64,000 bases of DNA from Gemmatimonadota bacterium (GTDB lineage: Bacteria; Gemmatimonadota; Gemmatimonadetes; Gemmatimonadales; GWC2-71-9): positions 46,670 through 110,669 of the forward strand of contig JBDHDH010000003.1 of NCBI GenBank assembly GCA_039591615.1. Reading direction: 5' to 3'. Below the pieces are notes generated by a model. The model was not told where the DNA came from. It saw only the letters and a list, made by a program, of their open reading frames with translations, and did no database searches. Within the stretch, counting starts at the first letter, position 1, and each line of letters opens with the position of its first letter. Shown in pieces: positions 17,945 to 26,491 of the stretch. The translations under genes and the position numbers were made by a program.

Positions 17945-19225
17945 ATGAGACTCCCAGCTCAGCGGACACTAGCGGTCGTTTGCCTTGCATTCAGCGTGGC
18001 GTGTACAGCGGCGGCCCAACACGCCGATGACCGCCCCTCCACTGCCGAAGACATTCGGGACCATCTGGCGTTCCTCGCAGCGGATGTCCTCGAAGGACGA
18101 GGGGTCGGCACCGCCGGGCTCGATTCCTCCGCCGCCTACATCGCGGGTCAGTTCGCGCGGATCGGGCTCGAACCCGCTGGCACCGAGGGCTTCTTCCAGT
18201 CCTTCGTGGTCGACGAAACCGCCACCGCGGCCGCGCACGCTGGCGTCGGAAACCTACCGGTCCAGAACGTAGTGGGTGTCCTGCCAGGGAGGGGCCGGCT
18301 CGCCGGGCAGGCCGTGGTGGTCGGCGCTCATTACGATCACCTCGGCTACGGGGGGTTTGGAAGCCTCGACCCGGATAGCACCGGCGTGGTGCACAACGGC
18401 GCCGACGACAACGCCTCGGGCACGGTCGCGCTCATCGAAACGGCCCGCCTCCTCGCTCAGCGAACCGCCACAGACGTGCGGACAGTCGTCTTCGTCGCCT
18501 TCACAGCCGAGGAGCTGGGCCTGATCGGCTCATCGCACTACGTGAAACACCCCGTCGTTCCGGGGGATTCCACTCTCGCCATGATCAACTTCGACATGGT
18601 GGGCAGGCTCCGGGATGGCAAGGTGCTAGCGATGGGGACCGGATCCGCCCTAGAGTTCCCAGCCCTCCTGGAAGACGTGAATGGTCTTCATGGTCTCACC
18701 GTCAATCTGGTCGGGGATCCATGGGGGAGGAGCGATCACATCTCGTTTTACGGCGACTCTATCCCCGTTGTCCACCTGTTCACCGATAACCATGAGGATT
18801 ATCACCGCACCACCGACGACTGGCCGAAGATCAACGTAGAGGGAATCGGCCGCATCGTCGACTTCGCCGCCGACCTGGCGTGGACTCTGGCGCTGCGGGA
18901 GGCACCCCTGACCTACGTCGATGTCGGCCCACCTCCGCGGGTGGCGGGCGGGGGGTATGGGGCGTACCTGGGCACCATACCCGACATGAGCGAGTCACCC
19001 GGCGGCGTCCGCCTCACGGGTGTCCGCACCGGGAGTCCAGCGGAGGCAGCTGGCCTCCGAAAGGGCGACATCCTGATCCAACTTGGCGACCACGCAGTCG
19101 GCAACCTCTACGACATGACCAACGCCCTCCGGGCGCACAAGCCGGGGGATGGCGTGGCCATCGTCGTGCTCCGGGACGGGGAACGGTTCGAGACGTTCGC
19201 TACGCTGGGAAGGCGCGGTGGTTGA
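17945..19225 (+). CDS. Secreted M28 family peptidase with a C-terminal PDZ domain
   Basis: ORF 17936-19225; ATG 17945 gives the signal peptide MRLPAQRTLAVVCLAFSVACTAAAQ. M28 motifs GAHYDHLG, NGADDNASG and FTAEELGLIGS are present. The PDZ-like tail reads GVRTGSPAEAAGLRKGDILIQLG. Confidence 0.85.
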   Translation: MRLPAQRTLAVVCLAFSVACTAAAQHADDRPSTAEDIRDHLAFLAADVLEGRGVGTAGLDSSAAYIAGQFARIGLEPAGTEGFFQSFVVDETATAAAHAGVGNLPVQNVVGVLPGRGRLAGQAVVVGAHYDHLGYGGFGSLDPDSTGVVHNGADDNASGTVALIETARLLAQRTATDVRTVVFVAFTAEELGLIGSSHYVKHPVVPGDSTLAMINFDMVGRLRDGKVLAMGTGSALEFPALLEDVNGLHGLTVNLVGDPWGRSDHISFYGDSIPVVHLFTDNHEDYHRTTDDWPKINVEGIGRIVDFAADLAWTLALREAPLTYVDVGPPPRVAGGGYGAYLGTIPDMSESPGGVRLTGVRTGSPAEAAGLRKGDILIQLGDHAVGNLYDMTNALRAHKPGDGVAIVVLRDGERFETFATLGRRGG

Positions 19226-19679
19226 GCCCGTCTTGAACGCCGACGCTGTCGTCAGGGCCCTCCACGCCGCGTTCTGCCGAGGGGCGTCCCGTCAACAACT
19301 GCTACAGCTCGCTGCCAGTCGCATACGGGAAGCCGGCCCCCCTCATACGGGTGTCTATCTCTATATGCTGCACGCGGACGAACTGGTCCTCGAAGCCTTT
19401 GACGGACACCCTTCCGATCTGACCCGGATCCCCGTCGGGACCGGTGTGTGCGGACGCGCCGCGGCCGAGGGACGCGACATCAATGTTCCAGACGTCTCGC
19501 AAGCGGAAGGCTATCTCGCGTGCAGCGTCGACACCCGTTCCGAGCTGGTGGTTCTCATCCGGCGCCATGCCGAGATTTTGGGTGAGATCGACATCGACAG
19601 CGACCTCCCCAATGGTTTCTCCATGGTGGAAGAAGAGGCTGTCAGACAGGTGGCCGACGGGCTGGCGACACTCCTCTGA
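19218..19679 (+). CDS. GAF domain protein, free methionine-(R)-sulfoxide reductase-like (YebR/MsrC family)
   Basis: ORF 19149-19679 trimmed to GTG 19218, which overlaps the M28 stop. The motif block GTGVCGRAAAEG...VPDV...GYLACS...SELVVLI...ILGEIDIDS matches fRMsr-type GAF proteins. Confidence 0.75.
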   Translation: MVEPVLNADAVVRALHAAFCRGASRQQLLQLAASRIREAGPPHTGVYLYMLHADELVLEAFDGHPSDLTRIPVGTGVCGRAAAEGRDINVPDVSQAEGYLACSVDTRSELVVLIRRHAEILGEIDIDSDLPNGFSMVEEEAVRQVADGLATLL

Positions 19680-19695
19680 TCATTAGCCGCCACGG

Positions 19696-20541
19696 GTGTC
19701 CAACCCCACCGAAGAGACGGTCACGGTCCGGGGCGTCGAGATCTTCACACGCACGGTGGGCACCGGCCCGGACGTCGTCGTACTCCACGGCGGGCCCGGA
19801 GCCCATCATGACTATCTCCTTCCGCAATACGACGCCCTCGCGGAGGGGCGGCGGCTGCGCTACTACGACCAGCGGGGTGGTGGTCGATCGGCCGCTCCTC
19901 GCCGCCGCGTTCCCGTTGGCTGGCGTGAGCACGTCGGCGACCTCCATGCGCTCCTGGACTATTGGGATCTCTCCCCGGCGACCTTGCTGGGACATTCGTG
20001 GGGCGGCCTCTTGGCCTTGCTCTACGCGATCAATCATCGGCACCGGGTTGGCCGGCTCGCACTCGTTTCGCCAGCCCCAGCCAGCGCGGCTGAACGCCGC
20101 ACCTTCGAGCGCCGCTTCGCGCAGCGGATGCGGCACCCCACGATCCAGACGCGCCGGACACGACTGCGGCAGTCTGATCTCCGAGAACGAGATCCTGCCA
20201 CGTACGATCGGCGGATGTTCGAGCTCTCGGTGGCGGGCTACTTCGCCGACGTTGATCAGGCCCGGGATCTCACGCCCTTTCGTGTGACGAAGCGCACACA
20301 GCGAGCCGTTTGGGCTAGCCTGGGTGAATACGATCTGTCCGACGATTTGCGAGAGCTCGTCGTACCGACGCTGGTCGGGCATGGTGTGCACGATCCGATC
20401 CCGCTATCGGCGGCCCGTCGGATCGCCGGTCTCATGGATGCCCGTTTCGTGACCTTCGAGCATTCCGGGCACGCGCCCCACGTCGAGGAACGCCGACGAT
20501 TCATGGAAGTGCTCGACGGGTTTCTTCCGCCCCTATCATGA
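19696..20541 (+). CDS. Alpha/beta hydrolase, prolyl-iminopeptidase-like (S33)
   Basis: GTG start. It contains HGGPG, YDQRGGGRS and the nucleophile elbow GHSWGG, with a late HSGH. Confidence 0.8.
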   Translation: MSNPTEETVTVRGVEIFTRTVGTGPDVVVLHGGPGAHHDYLLPQYDALAEGRRLRYYDQRGGGRSAAPRRRVPVGWREHVGDLHALLDYWDLSPATLLGHSWGGLLALLYAINHRHRVGRLALVSPAPASAAERRTFERRFAQRMRHPTIQTRRTRLRQSDLRERDPATYDRRMFELSVAGYFADVDQARDLTPFRVTKRTQRAVWASLGEYDLSDDLRELVVPTLVGHGVHDPIPLSAARRIAGLMDARFVTFEHSGHAPHVEERRRFMEVLDGFLPPLS

Positions 20542-21206
20542 GCCGTTCGACCCCGTTCGACCTCACGTTTGCCGAGCTGGCCACGGCGCGCTTTCCGGTG
20601 ATTCGAGATGAAGCCGCGACGTCGCAAGCGGACCTCAGCGACCGGGCACGGTTCGCCAGGCTCCCATCAGTGCAACGAATTCTCGCCGACCTGGCCGACC
20701 CCGGCACCGTCGATGAGCGACCCGACGCCGCCGACGAGTACCTCACCAGCCTGTTCGTCGCATACCGCTTCTGGGAAGCGGGCCAGCATGTGATCGCGGT
20801 CGAACGTAGAGATTTGGAGCCACCACTGGACCCGACGCGAGTGCCGGCGCTTCCCCGAATCCCTCGCGGTGCCTGTTATCTGCAGCTCCCCGAGCACTGG
20901 ATCTGGGCCCAGATCGATCCCGCAGCCCCTCACGAGCCGGTGGATGGCGTGTTCGTGACGCGATCCGAAGCACCTGGCGAGGTCACGGTCCTCGCGGTGC
21001 TCGGACTCCGGCCGGAGCGCGGAGGGTACAGCCAACTCGCCGTGCGGGTAACGCCCGCCCAGTTCGAGGTCGTCCCTCGAGAAGTCCGCTCGCCGCCGTT
21101 CGAGCCCGTGGTGGCGGGCGGCCGGGAAGCAGGTCTCAAGTCACTCGTCTCTGTGGCTGAGCTCCTGTTGCTGGTGCAACTCGCGCTCGCTCGAGCGGGC
21201 GAGTAG
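20538..21206 (+). CDS. Hypothetical protein (222 aa)
   Basis: ATGA overlap with the upstream hydrolase gene; ends 1-16 nt before polX. I recognise no family. Confidence 0.55.
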   Translation: MSRSTPFDLTFAELATARFPVIRDEAATSQADLSDRARFARLPSVQRILADLADPGTVDERPDAADEYLTSLFVAYRFWEAGQHVIAVERRDLEPPLDPTRVPALPRIPRGACYLQLPEHWIWAQIDPAAPHEPVDGVFVTRSEAPGEVTVLAVLGLRPERGGYSQLAVRVTPAQFEVVPREVRSPPFEPVVAGGREAGLKSLVSVAELLLLVQLALARAGE

Positions 21207-21222
21207 GTTGACACCAGGACGT

Positions 21223-22950
21223 ATGGACAAGAAAGACGTCGCCAGCACGCTCGATGAGATCGCGGCCTACCTAGAACTGAAGGGTGAAGATCAGTTCCGC
21301 GTACGGGCATATCAAACGGCGGCGCGCGCCATCGCTGCCTTTCAGGGAGACCTCGAAGAAGCTCTCACCAATGGCGAGCTCGCCGAACTCAAGGGAATCG
21401 GGCGGACAACCCTCGACATCGTCGCCAACGTCTTGACCACCGGTACCTGTCCCTTGCTGGAGCGCCTGCGAGACGAGGTCCCGCATGGGCTGGTGGAGAT
21501 GCTGCGCATCCCAGGATTGGGGGTCACGAAAGTTCGGCAGATCTACGACACCCTTGGCGTCGATTCTCTAGGAGAGCTGGAGGAGGCAGCCAGGGAGGGC
21601 CGTCTCGCGAACCTGCCGCGATTCGGCCCACGCACCGCGCTGCGGATTCTGAAGGGGATCCAGTTCGTCCGACAGGTGAGTGAGTTTCGCCTTCTCCACC
21701 ATGCCCGTCAGGAGGCTCGTGCCCTCGCTCGCGTACTGGCGGAGATACCCGGCGTGCGCCGTGCTGAGATCGCCGGGAGCGTTCGGAGATGGTGCGAGAT
21801 CATTCGAGATCTCGACTTCGTGGTGGAGCTGGAGGCCCCTCCCGGCAAGCTCGTCGACCGTTTGGGCACGGTGCCCGGCGTCCGGGAATTCGTCAGCAGG
21901 ACGGACCGCACGCTCACGTTGCGATTTGCCGGCGGCACGGTAGCCGACATCTACTGGGCGCAAGTCGGAGAGCTCGGATTCCAGCTGCTCAGGGCAACCG
22001 GGGCGCAAGCGCACCTGGCAGTCCTGAAGCGGCGGGCCGCGACCCTGGGGCTCGAATGGACGGATACCGGTCTCCTGCGTGACGGCACCGTCCTCGCCAT
22101 CCCCGAGGAAACAGACGTCTATCGAGCTCTGGATTTGCCCTACATTCCACCGGAGCTGAGGGAGGGCACGGACGAAGTCGATGCGGCAATCACCGGCCGC
22201 CTCCCGACACTCATCCAGCGTGAGGACCTCCAGGGGTTTCTCCACTGTCACTCGGATTACTCGGATGGTGGAAGCACCGTCCCCGAATGGGCTGCAGCGT
22301 GTCGCGCGGCCGGATACACCTACATGGGCGTCACCGACCACAGTCAGGCCGCGGCCTATGCCGGCGGCCTCGCCGCCGAGGAGATCGCCGACCAGCATGC
22401 CGAGATCGACGCAGCCAACCGCGCCCACGCCGACTTTCGCGTCCTGAAGGGCGTCGAAGCGGACATTTTGGGGGATGGCACGCTCGATTACACAACCGCC
22501 GTCCGAGCCACCTTCGACTTCATTATCGCGTCCGTGCACACGCGATACGGAATGAACGAAGGGGAAATGACCGACCGGATTCTCTCCGCCATGGACGACC
22601 CTTCCATGGCGATCCTGGGACACCCAACGGGAAGGTTGCTCCTGTCGCGCGATCCCTACCCCATCGATCTCGATGCGGTGTTCGAGAAGGCCGCCTCGTG
22701 CGGGATCGCGCTGGAGATCAATGCCGATCCCCAACGCCTGGATCTCGACTGGCGTACCGTTCGTCGCGCTACCGACAAGGGCGTGACCATTTCGATCGGC
22801 GCCGACGCCCACAGTATCGCGGGAATGGAAAACATGGACCTGGGAATCGGGATCGCCCGCAAGGGATGGCTCACCCGCGAGCGTGTGCTCAACGCCTGGC
22901 CCCTCGAGGACTTCCTCGACTACGTCGACCGGAGGAGATCGGCCAGATGA
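21223..22950 (+). CDS. polX: DNA polymerase X family protein with a PHP domain
   Basis: ORF 21208-22950; ATG 21223 gives MDKKDVASTLDEIAAYLELKGEDQFRVRAYQTAARAI, the Pol X 8-kDa/HhH region. HhH motifs LKGIGRTT and IPGLGVTK are present. The C-terminal PHP motif reads HCHSDYSDG. Confidence 0.85.
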   Translation: MDKKDVASTLDEIAAYLELKGEDQFRVRAYQTAARAIAAFQGDLEEALTNGELAELKGIGRTTLDIVANVLTTGTCPLLERLRDEVPHGLVEMLRIPGLGVTKVRQIYDTLGVDSLGELEEAAREGRLANLPRFGPRTALRILKGIQFVRQVSEFRLLHHARQEARALARVLAEIPGVRRAEIAGSVRRWCEIIRDLDFVVELEAPPGKLVDRLGTVPGVREFVSRTDRTLTLRFAGGTVADIYWAQVGELGFQLLRATGAQAHLAVLKRRAATLGLEWTDTGLLRDGTVLAIPEETDVYRALDLPYIPPELREGTDEVDAAITGRLPTLIQREDLQGFLHCHSDYSDGGSTVPEWAAACRAAGYTYMGVTDHSQAAAYAGGLAAEEIADQHAEIDAANRAHADFRVLKGVEADILGDGTLDYTTAVRATFDFIIASVHTRYGMNEGEMTDRILSAMDDPSMAILGHPTGRLLLSRDPYPIDLDAVFEKAASCGIALEINADPQRLDLDWRTVRRATDKGVTISIGADAHSIAGMENMDLGIGIARKGWLTRERVLNAWPLEDFLDYVDRRRSAR

Positions 22951-23642
22951 CCAAGCGGGCGCAACGCCGTTCGCCGACGTCGAAACGCACTGCCCGACCC
23001 AGCGGCCGCGGGAGCGCCAAGCAGCGGATCGGGCCCATCATCGACAACCTCAAGAAACAGTACCCGAACGCGAAGTGCGCCCTGCACCACCGCAATCCCC
23101 TCGAACTCCTCATCGCCACGATTCTCAGCGCACAATGCACGGATACGCGCGTCAACATAGTGACCAAGGATCTCTTCACGAGGTACCGGACCGCGGAAGA
23201 CTACGCGAACGCTGATCCGGAGGAGTTCGCGCTGGAGATCAAATCAACGGGTTTCTTTCGCAACAAGACGAAGTCGATCCTTGGCATGGCCCGAGCCTTG
23301 GTGGACAACCACGACGGAATGGTCCCGGCCTCGATGGATGAGCTGGTGGAGATGCCAGGCGTGGGACGAAAGACCGCCAATGTCGTTCTCGGTAATGCGT
23401 TCGATGCCAACGAAGGGGTGGTGGTGGATACCCACGTGAAGCGTATCGCCAACCGGCTCCAGCTCACGAACCACGCTGACCCCGAGAAGATCGAGCGAGA
23501 TCTCGTGAGACTCGTTCCCCAACCAGAATGGACTCTGTTTTCCCACCTCCTGATCTTTCACGGTCGGCAAATCTGTCTTGCGCGGAAACCGAAATGCGAG
23601 ATCTGTCCGGTGAACACTCTGTGTCCGACATCCTCCGCGTGA
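22947..23642 (+). CDS. nth: Endonuclease III
   Basis: This is the internal part of ORF 22287-23642. ATG 22947 overlaps the polX stop (ATGA). It has the HhH-GPD motif VGRKTANVVL and the 4Fe-4S loop CLARKPKCEICPVNTLC (C-x6-C-x2-C-x5-C). Confidence 0.9.
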   Translation: MTKRAQRRSPTSKRTARPSGRGSAKQRIGPIIDNLKKQYPNAKCALHHRNPLELLIATILSAQCTDTRVNIVTKDLFTRYRTAEDYANADPEEFALEIKSTGFFRNKTKSILGMARALVDNHDGMVPASMDELVEMPGVGRKTANVVLGNAFDANEGVVVDTHVKRIANRLQLTNHADPEKIERDLVRLVPQPEWTLFSHLLIFHGRQICLARKPKCEICPVNTLCPTSSA

Positions 23643-23664
23643 GCGCTCGGCAAGCCAGCGTCCC

Positions 23665-24081
23665 ATGAAGATCGACTTCGCCGTCGCCTGTGACTACGCC
23701 GTCGTCGACCAGTACGGCAAGCTCTCCGTCATGGGCATCTTCCAGCACATCTGGGTGACACAGTTCCCCGCCGTCCATCGGCGACTGTACCTCGTCATTC
23801 GCCTGAAGGGCACCCGCACCGAGGTAGGCGAACACCCGGTGCGCATTCGCCTTCGAGACGAGGAGGGGCAGGACGTCTTGAGCGGCCACGGTAAGGTGAG
23901 CTTCTCCGAGCCTCCGGCGGGAGTACTGGAAATCGAGGCTGGAGCGGTGCTCGTGTTCGACATCCCGTTCGAACGCGCTGGACGATACCACTTTGAAATC
24001 ACCGTAGACCAGGACGTACAGACCGAAGTCCCCATCACCGTGACGCAACGTTCTAGTTCACACGAGCCTGAAGTCGCCTGA
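23665..24081 (+). CDS. Hypothetical small protein (138 aa, predicted all-beta)
   Basis: MKIDFAVACDYAVVDQYGKLSVMGIF... shows good coding character. It lies 22 nt after nth. The family is not confidently recognised. Confidence 0.55.
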   Translation: MKIDFAVACDYAVVDQYGKLSVMGIFQHIWVTQFPAVHRRLYLVIRLKGTRTEVGEHPVRIRLRDEEGQDVLSGHGKVSFSEPPAGVLEIEAGAVLVFDIPFERAGRYHFEITVDQDVQTEVPITVTQRSSSHEPEVA

Positions 24082-24529
24082 TGGCTGACGTGACGGGAGG
24101 GTAGTCGGGCATCTTTTCCGATGCCAGCGTGAGTTCTGCGAGGGCTGCGAGCAGATCGCCGCGCCGTTCGTAGATGCGGCCGAGGTTGACATGAGGAAAA
24201 TGGGGTGCTTCATAACGCGGAGCGTCGATGGCCCGATGGAACCATGAGATGGCCTCGTCCTCCCGACCCAACTGCACCAGGTACGCGCCGATATCGTTGT
24301 ACGGATTGCCAAGTGTAGGGTCCACGGCGATGGCGCGCCTGCACTCGAGAATCGCTTCGTCGTAGCGGCGCTGCACACCGTAGACCCACCCCAGGAAGGT
24401 GTGAGCCTCCGCTGTCGGCGACTCGGCGATGGACGCCTGGTACAGACCGATGGCATCATCGAGGTCCCCGACGCGTTGGCACTCATACGCGTGCTCGAAT
24501 AGCTTGAGCGCCCGCTCTCGGTCACCCAT
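24053..24529 (-). CDS. TPR repeat protein
   Basis: 158 aa of consecutive 34-residue TPR-like units, for example AIGLYQASIAESPTAEAHTFLGWVY and AILECRRAIAVDPTLGNPYNDIGAY. Confidence 0.75.
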   Translation of the reverse strand: MGDRERALKLFEHAYECQRVGDLDDAIGLYQASIAESPTAEAHTFLGWVYGVQRRYDEAILECRRAIAVDPTLGNPYNDIGAYLVQLGREDEAISWFHRAIDAPRYEAPHFPHVNLGRIYERRGDLLAALAELTLASEKMPDYPPVTSAIRRLQARVN

Positions 24530-24563
24530 ACTTCTCGGAGACTATAGCTTCCGTTCACTCCCA

Positions 24564-26489
24564 GTGGCAACGTCCCCATTCATCCGGTGGTTCCTACTAG
24601 CGGCCGCCCTCGTCCTCTTCGGCCTGAGCTTCGACCTCGGCGGCTACCCCCTGCTGGATCCCGACGAGGGGCGAAATGCGGAGGTAGCTCGGGAGATGGC
24701 TGTGACGAACGATTATGTGCTGCCACGTCTGAACGGGCTGCCCTACCTCGACAAACCGGTCCTGTATTTCGCCGCAGCGGCCCTTTCCATGGAGCTCTTC
24801 GGCCCGAACATTGTCGCTGCCCGTTTGACGTCTCTCGTCTTCACCGTATGCACTCTGATTCTCATTTGCTGGTTCGGTTCCAGACGCTTCGGTCGTGAGG
24901 CAGGCCTCGTCGCCGCCGTCGCCACCGCGACAGCCCCCCTCACCCTGGCCTACGCCCGTACGGTGATCTTCGACAGTGCACTCACGTTTTTCGTTGTCCT
25001 CGCGCTGGTGGCATTCTACGAATCGATCGAGCGGGCGACGCCACGACCGACCGGCGCGACAGGCGATGATTCGGCGAAGCGACTGTCCTGGGAAGGCACC
25101 GGAGGGGTCACGGACGGTCCGGTCTTTCCCCTTTCGAGCAACGGGCTGCGAGGGAGTGGCGAGTGGTGGCGGCTGTTGGCGTGGGGGGCACTCGCCTTCG
25201 GCGTGCTCACCAAAGGCCCAGTCGCCCTCGCGCTGCCGCTCATGGTCGTCGTGCCCTATGCCGCAGTGCGGCGGGCGTGGCGGGGACTCGCCGATCTGGT
25301 GTCCGTCCTGCTCTTCATCGCGCTGCTCGGCCCCTGGCTCCTCGCCGTGTCACGCGAGATACCCGAGTTCTTGGAATATGCCCTCGTCACGGAGACTGCC
25401 CTTCGAATCGCCACCGACGAACTGCACCGCACTGAGCCCTTCTGGTACTTCTTCGCCATCCTCCCCGCCGCGGCGCTGCCCTGGAGTGTCGTCGTACTCG
25501 GTGGCTGGCGTGAGCTCAAGTCCCTGGGCCGCGGGAAGCTCCGTGGGTCGCAACTGCTCTTTCTCATTCTCTGGATTGTCGTTCCGCTTGCATTCTTCAC
25601 CCTCTCGCAATCCAAGCGGCCGCAATATGTGCTGCCGCTCGTGCCCGCCATCGCCCTGTTTGTGGGGGTGCTCTGGACTGCGCGGCCCGACCGGCTGCCC
25701 GGTGTTCGTGCCGCCGCGATGTTCCTCGGAGTCCTTGGGATCACCCTGCTCCTCGGGCGCGGTCGCATCTCAGACATCGTCGCGGCAACCCCGCTCATTG
25801 CCGCCACGATTCCTGGAACGGCGATCGGCTTGGGCATCGCGTGTCTCGTAGCAACTGTCGGCACTTGGTTCGGTGCCGAGCGTGCCGGCCTCGCGTTGGC
25901 TAGCTTGTGCGTCCCGATGGCAGCGATTCCCCTGGTGAGCCGCTCCCTCATGGATGAGGTTGGGCGGGAGCGGTCCGCGCGGGACTTGGCGGTTGCCATC
26001 GAGCAAGTCATCACGCCCGAGACCGAGGTCGTCGGGATCCACGCCTTTCCTCTCTCTCTTCCGTTCTACTTGCGGCGAACGCTCACCCTCGCGCCATCGG
26101 ACGGGCACGAACTGACTAGTAACTACCTGGCACGGCACCTGAATCGGTGGAGACGCGTTCGAGGGACCACCCTACGGCCCCCCACGTGGTGGCGTGACGC
26201 CCTCCGGCTGTGCCAGCGTCCCCGCGTCTTCGTCGTGCAGAGCGAGGATGCGGCATCGCGGGCCCTCCTCGAGACGGCCCTCCCTCCCCTGATCGACACC
26301 GGACGGTACGCGGGGTACGGACCCTGTGGCCCCGCCAGCCTGGCCGGCCGAACGGGGCTCGATCTCCAGGCGGGACTGGCCCGTCAGCCACCGGCGATTC
26401 AGCTGAAACGGCCAACCGTGAATCGCGGCTGCCCGGCTGGGAGCGTGGGAGGTGGTGCGTGCGAGGGAAGCGGCCGACGAGGGCGATAA
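24564..26489 (+). CDS. Glycosyltransferase family 39 (ArnT/PMT-like) membrane protein
   Basis: ORF 24429-26489 trimmed to GTG 24564 to avoid the divergent TPR gene. The N-terminal motif LLDPDEGRNAEVAREM...LPRLNGLPYLDKPVLYF is typical of ArnT/GT39, with many TM helices. The start is uncertain. Confidence 0.8.
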   Translation: MATSPFIRWFLLAAALVLFGLSFDLGGYPLLDPDEGRNAEVAREMAVTNDYVLPRLNGLPYLDKPVLYFAAAALSMELFGPNIVAARLTSLVFTVCTLILICWFGSRRFGREAGLVAAVATATAPLTLAYARTVIFDSALTFFVVLALVAFYESIERATPRPTGATGDDSAKRLSWEGTGGVTDGPVFPLSSNGLRGSGEWWRLLAWGALAFGVLTKGPVALALPLMVVVPYAAVRRAWRGLADLVSVLLFIALLGPWLLAVSREIPEFLEYALVTETALRIATDELHRTEPFWYFFAILPAAALPWSVVVLGGWRELKSLGRGKLRGSQLLFLILWIVVPLAFFTLSQSKRPQYVLPLVPAIALFVGVLWTARPDRLPGVRAAAMFLGVLGITLLLGRGRISDIVAATPLIAATIPGTAIGLGIACLVATVGTWFGAERAGLALASLCVPMAAIPLVSRSLMDEVGRERSARDLAVAIEQVITPETEVVGIHAFPLSLPFYLRRTLTLAPSDGHELTSNYLARHLNRWRRVRGTTLRPPTWWRDALRLCQRPRVFVVQSEDAASRALLETALPPLIDTGRYAGYGPCGPASLAGRTGLDLQAGLARQPPAIQLKRPTVNRGCPAGSVGGGACEGSGRRGR

Positions 26490-26491
26490 TC

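Noticed and set aside
22287-22946. Long N-terminal extensions in the ORF track for nth (22287), the PLD gene (28601), the sigma factor (29866), asnB (26210), the LTXXQ protein (31055), the permease (35160), the 2Fe-2S subunit (40991), M14 (up to 52808) and ndh (up to 9722).
   Set aside because: The extensions overlap the upstream gene in another frame and are Arg-rich. Internal ATG/GTG starts coincide with stop/start overlaps (ATGA, GTGA, TGATG) and with the expected family N-termini.
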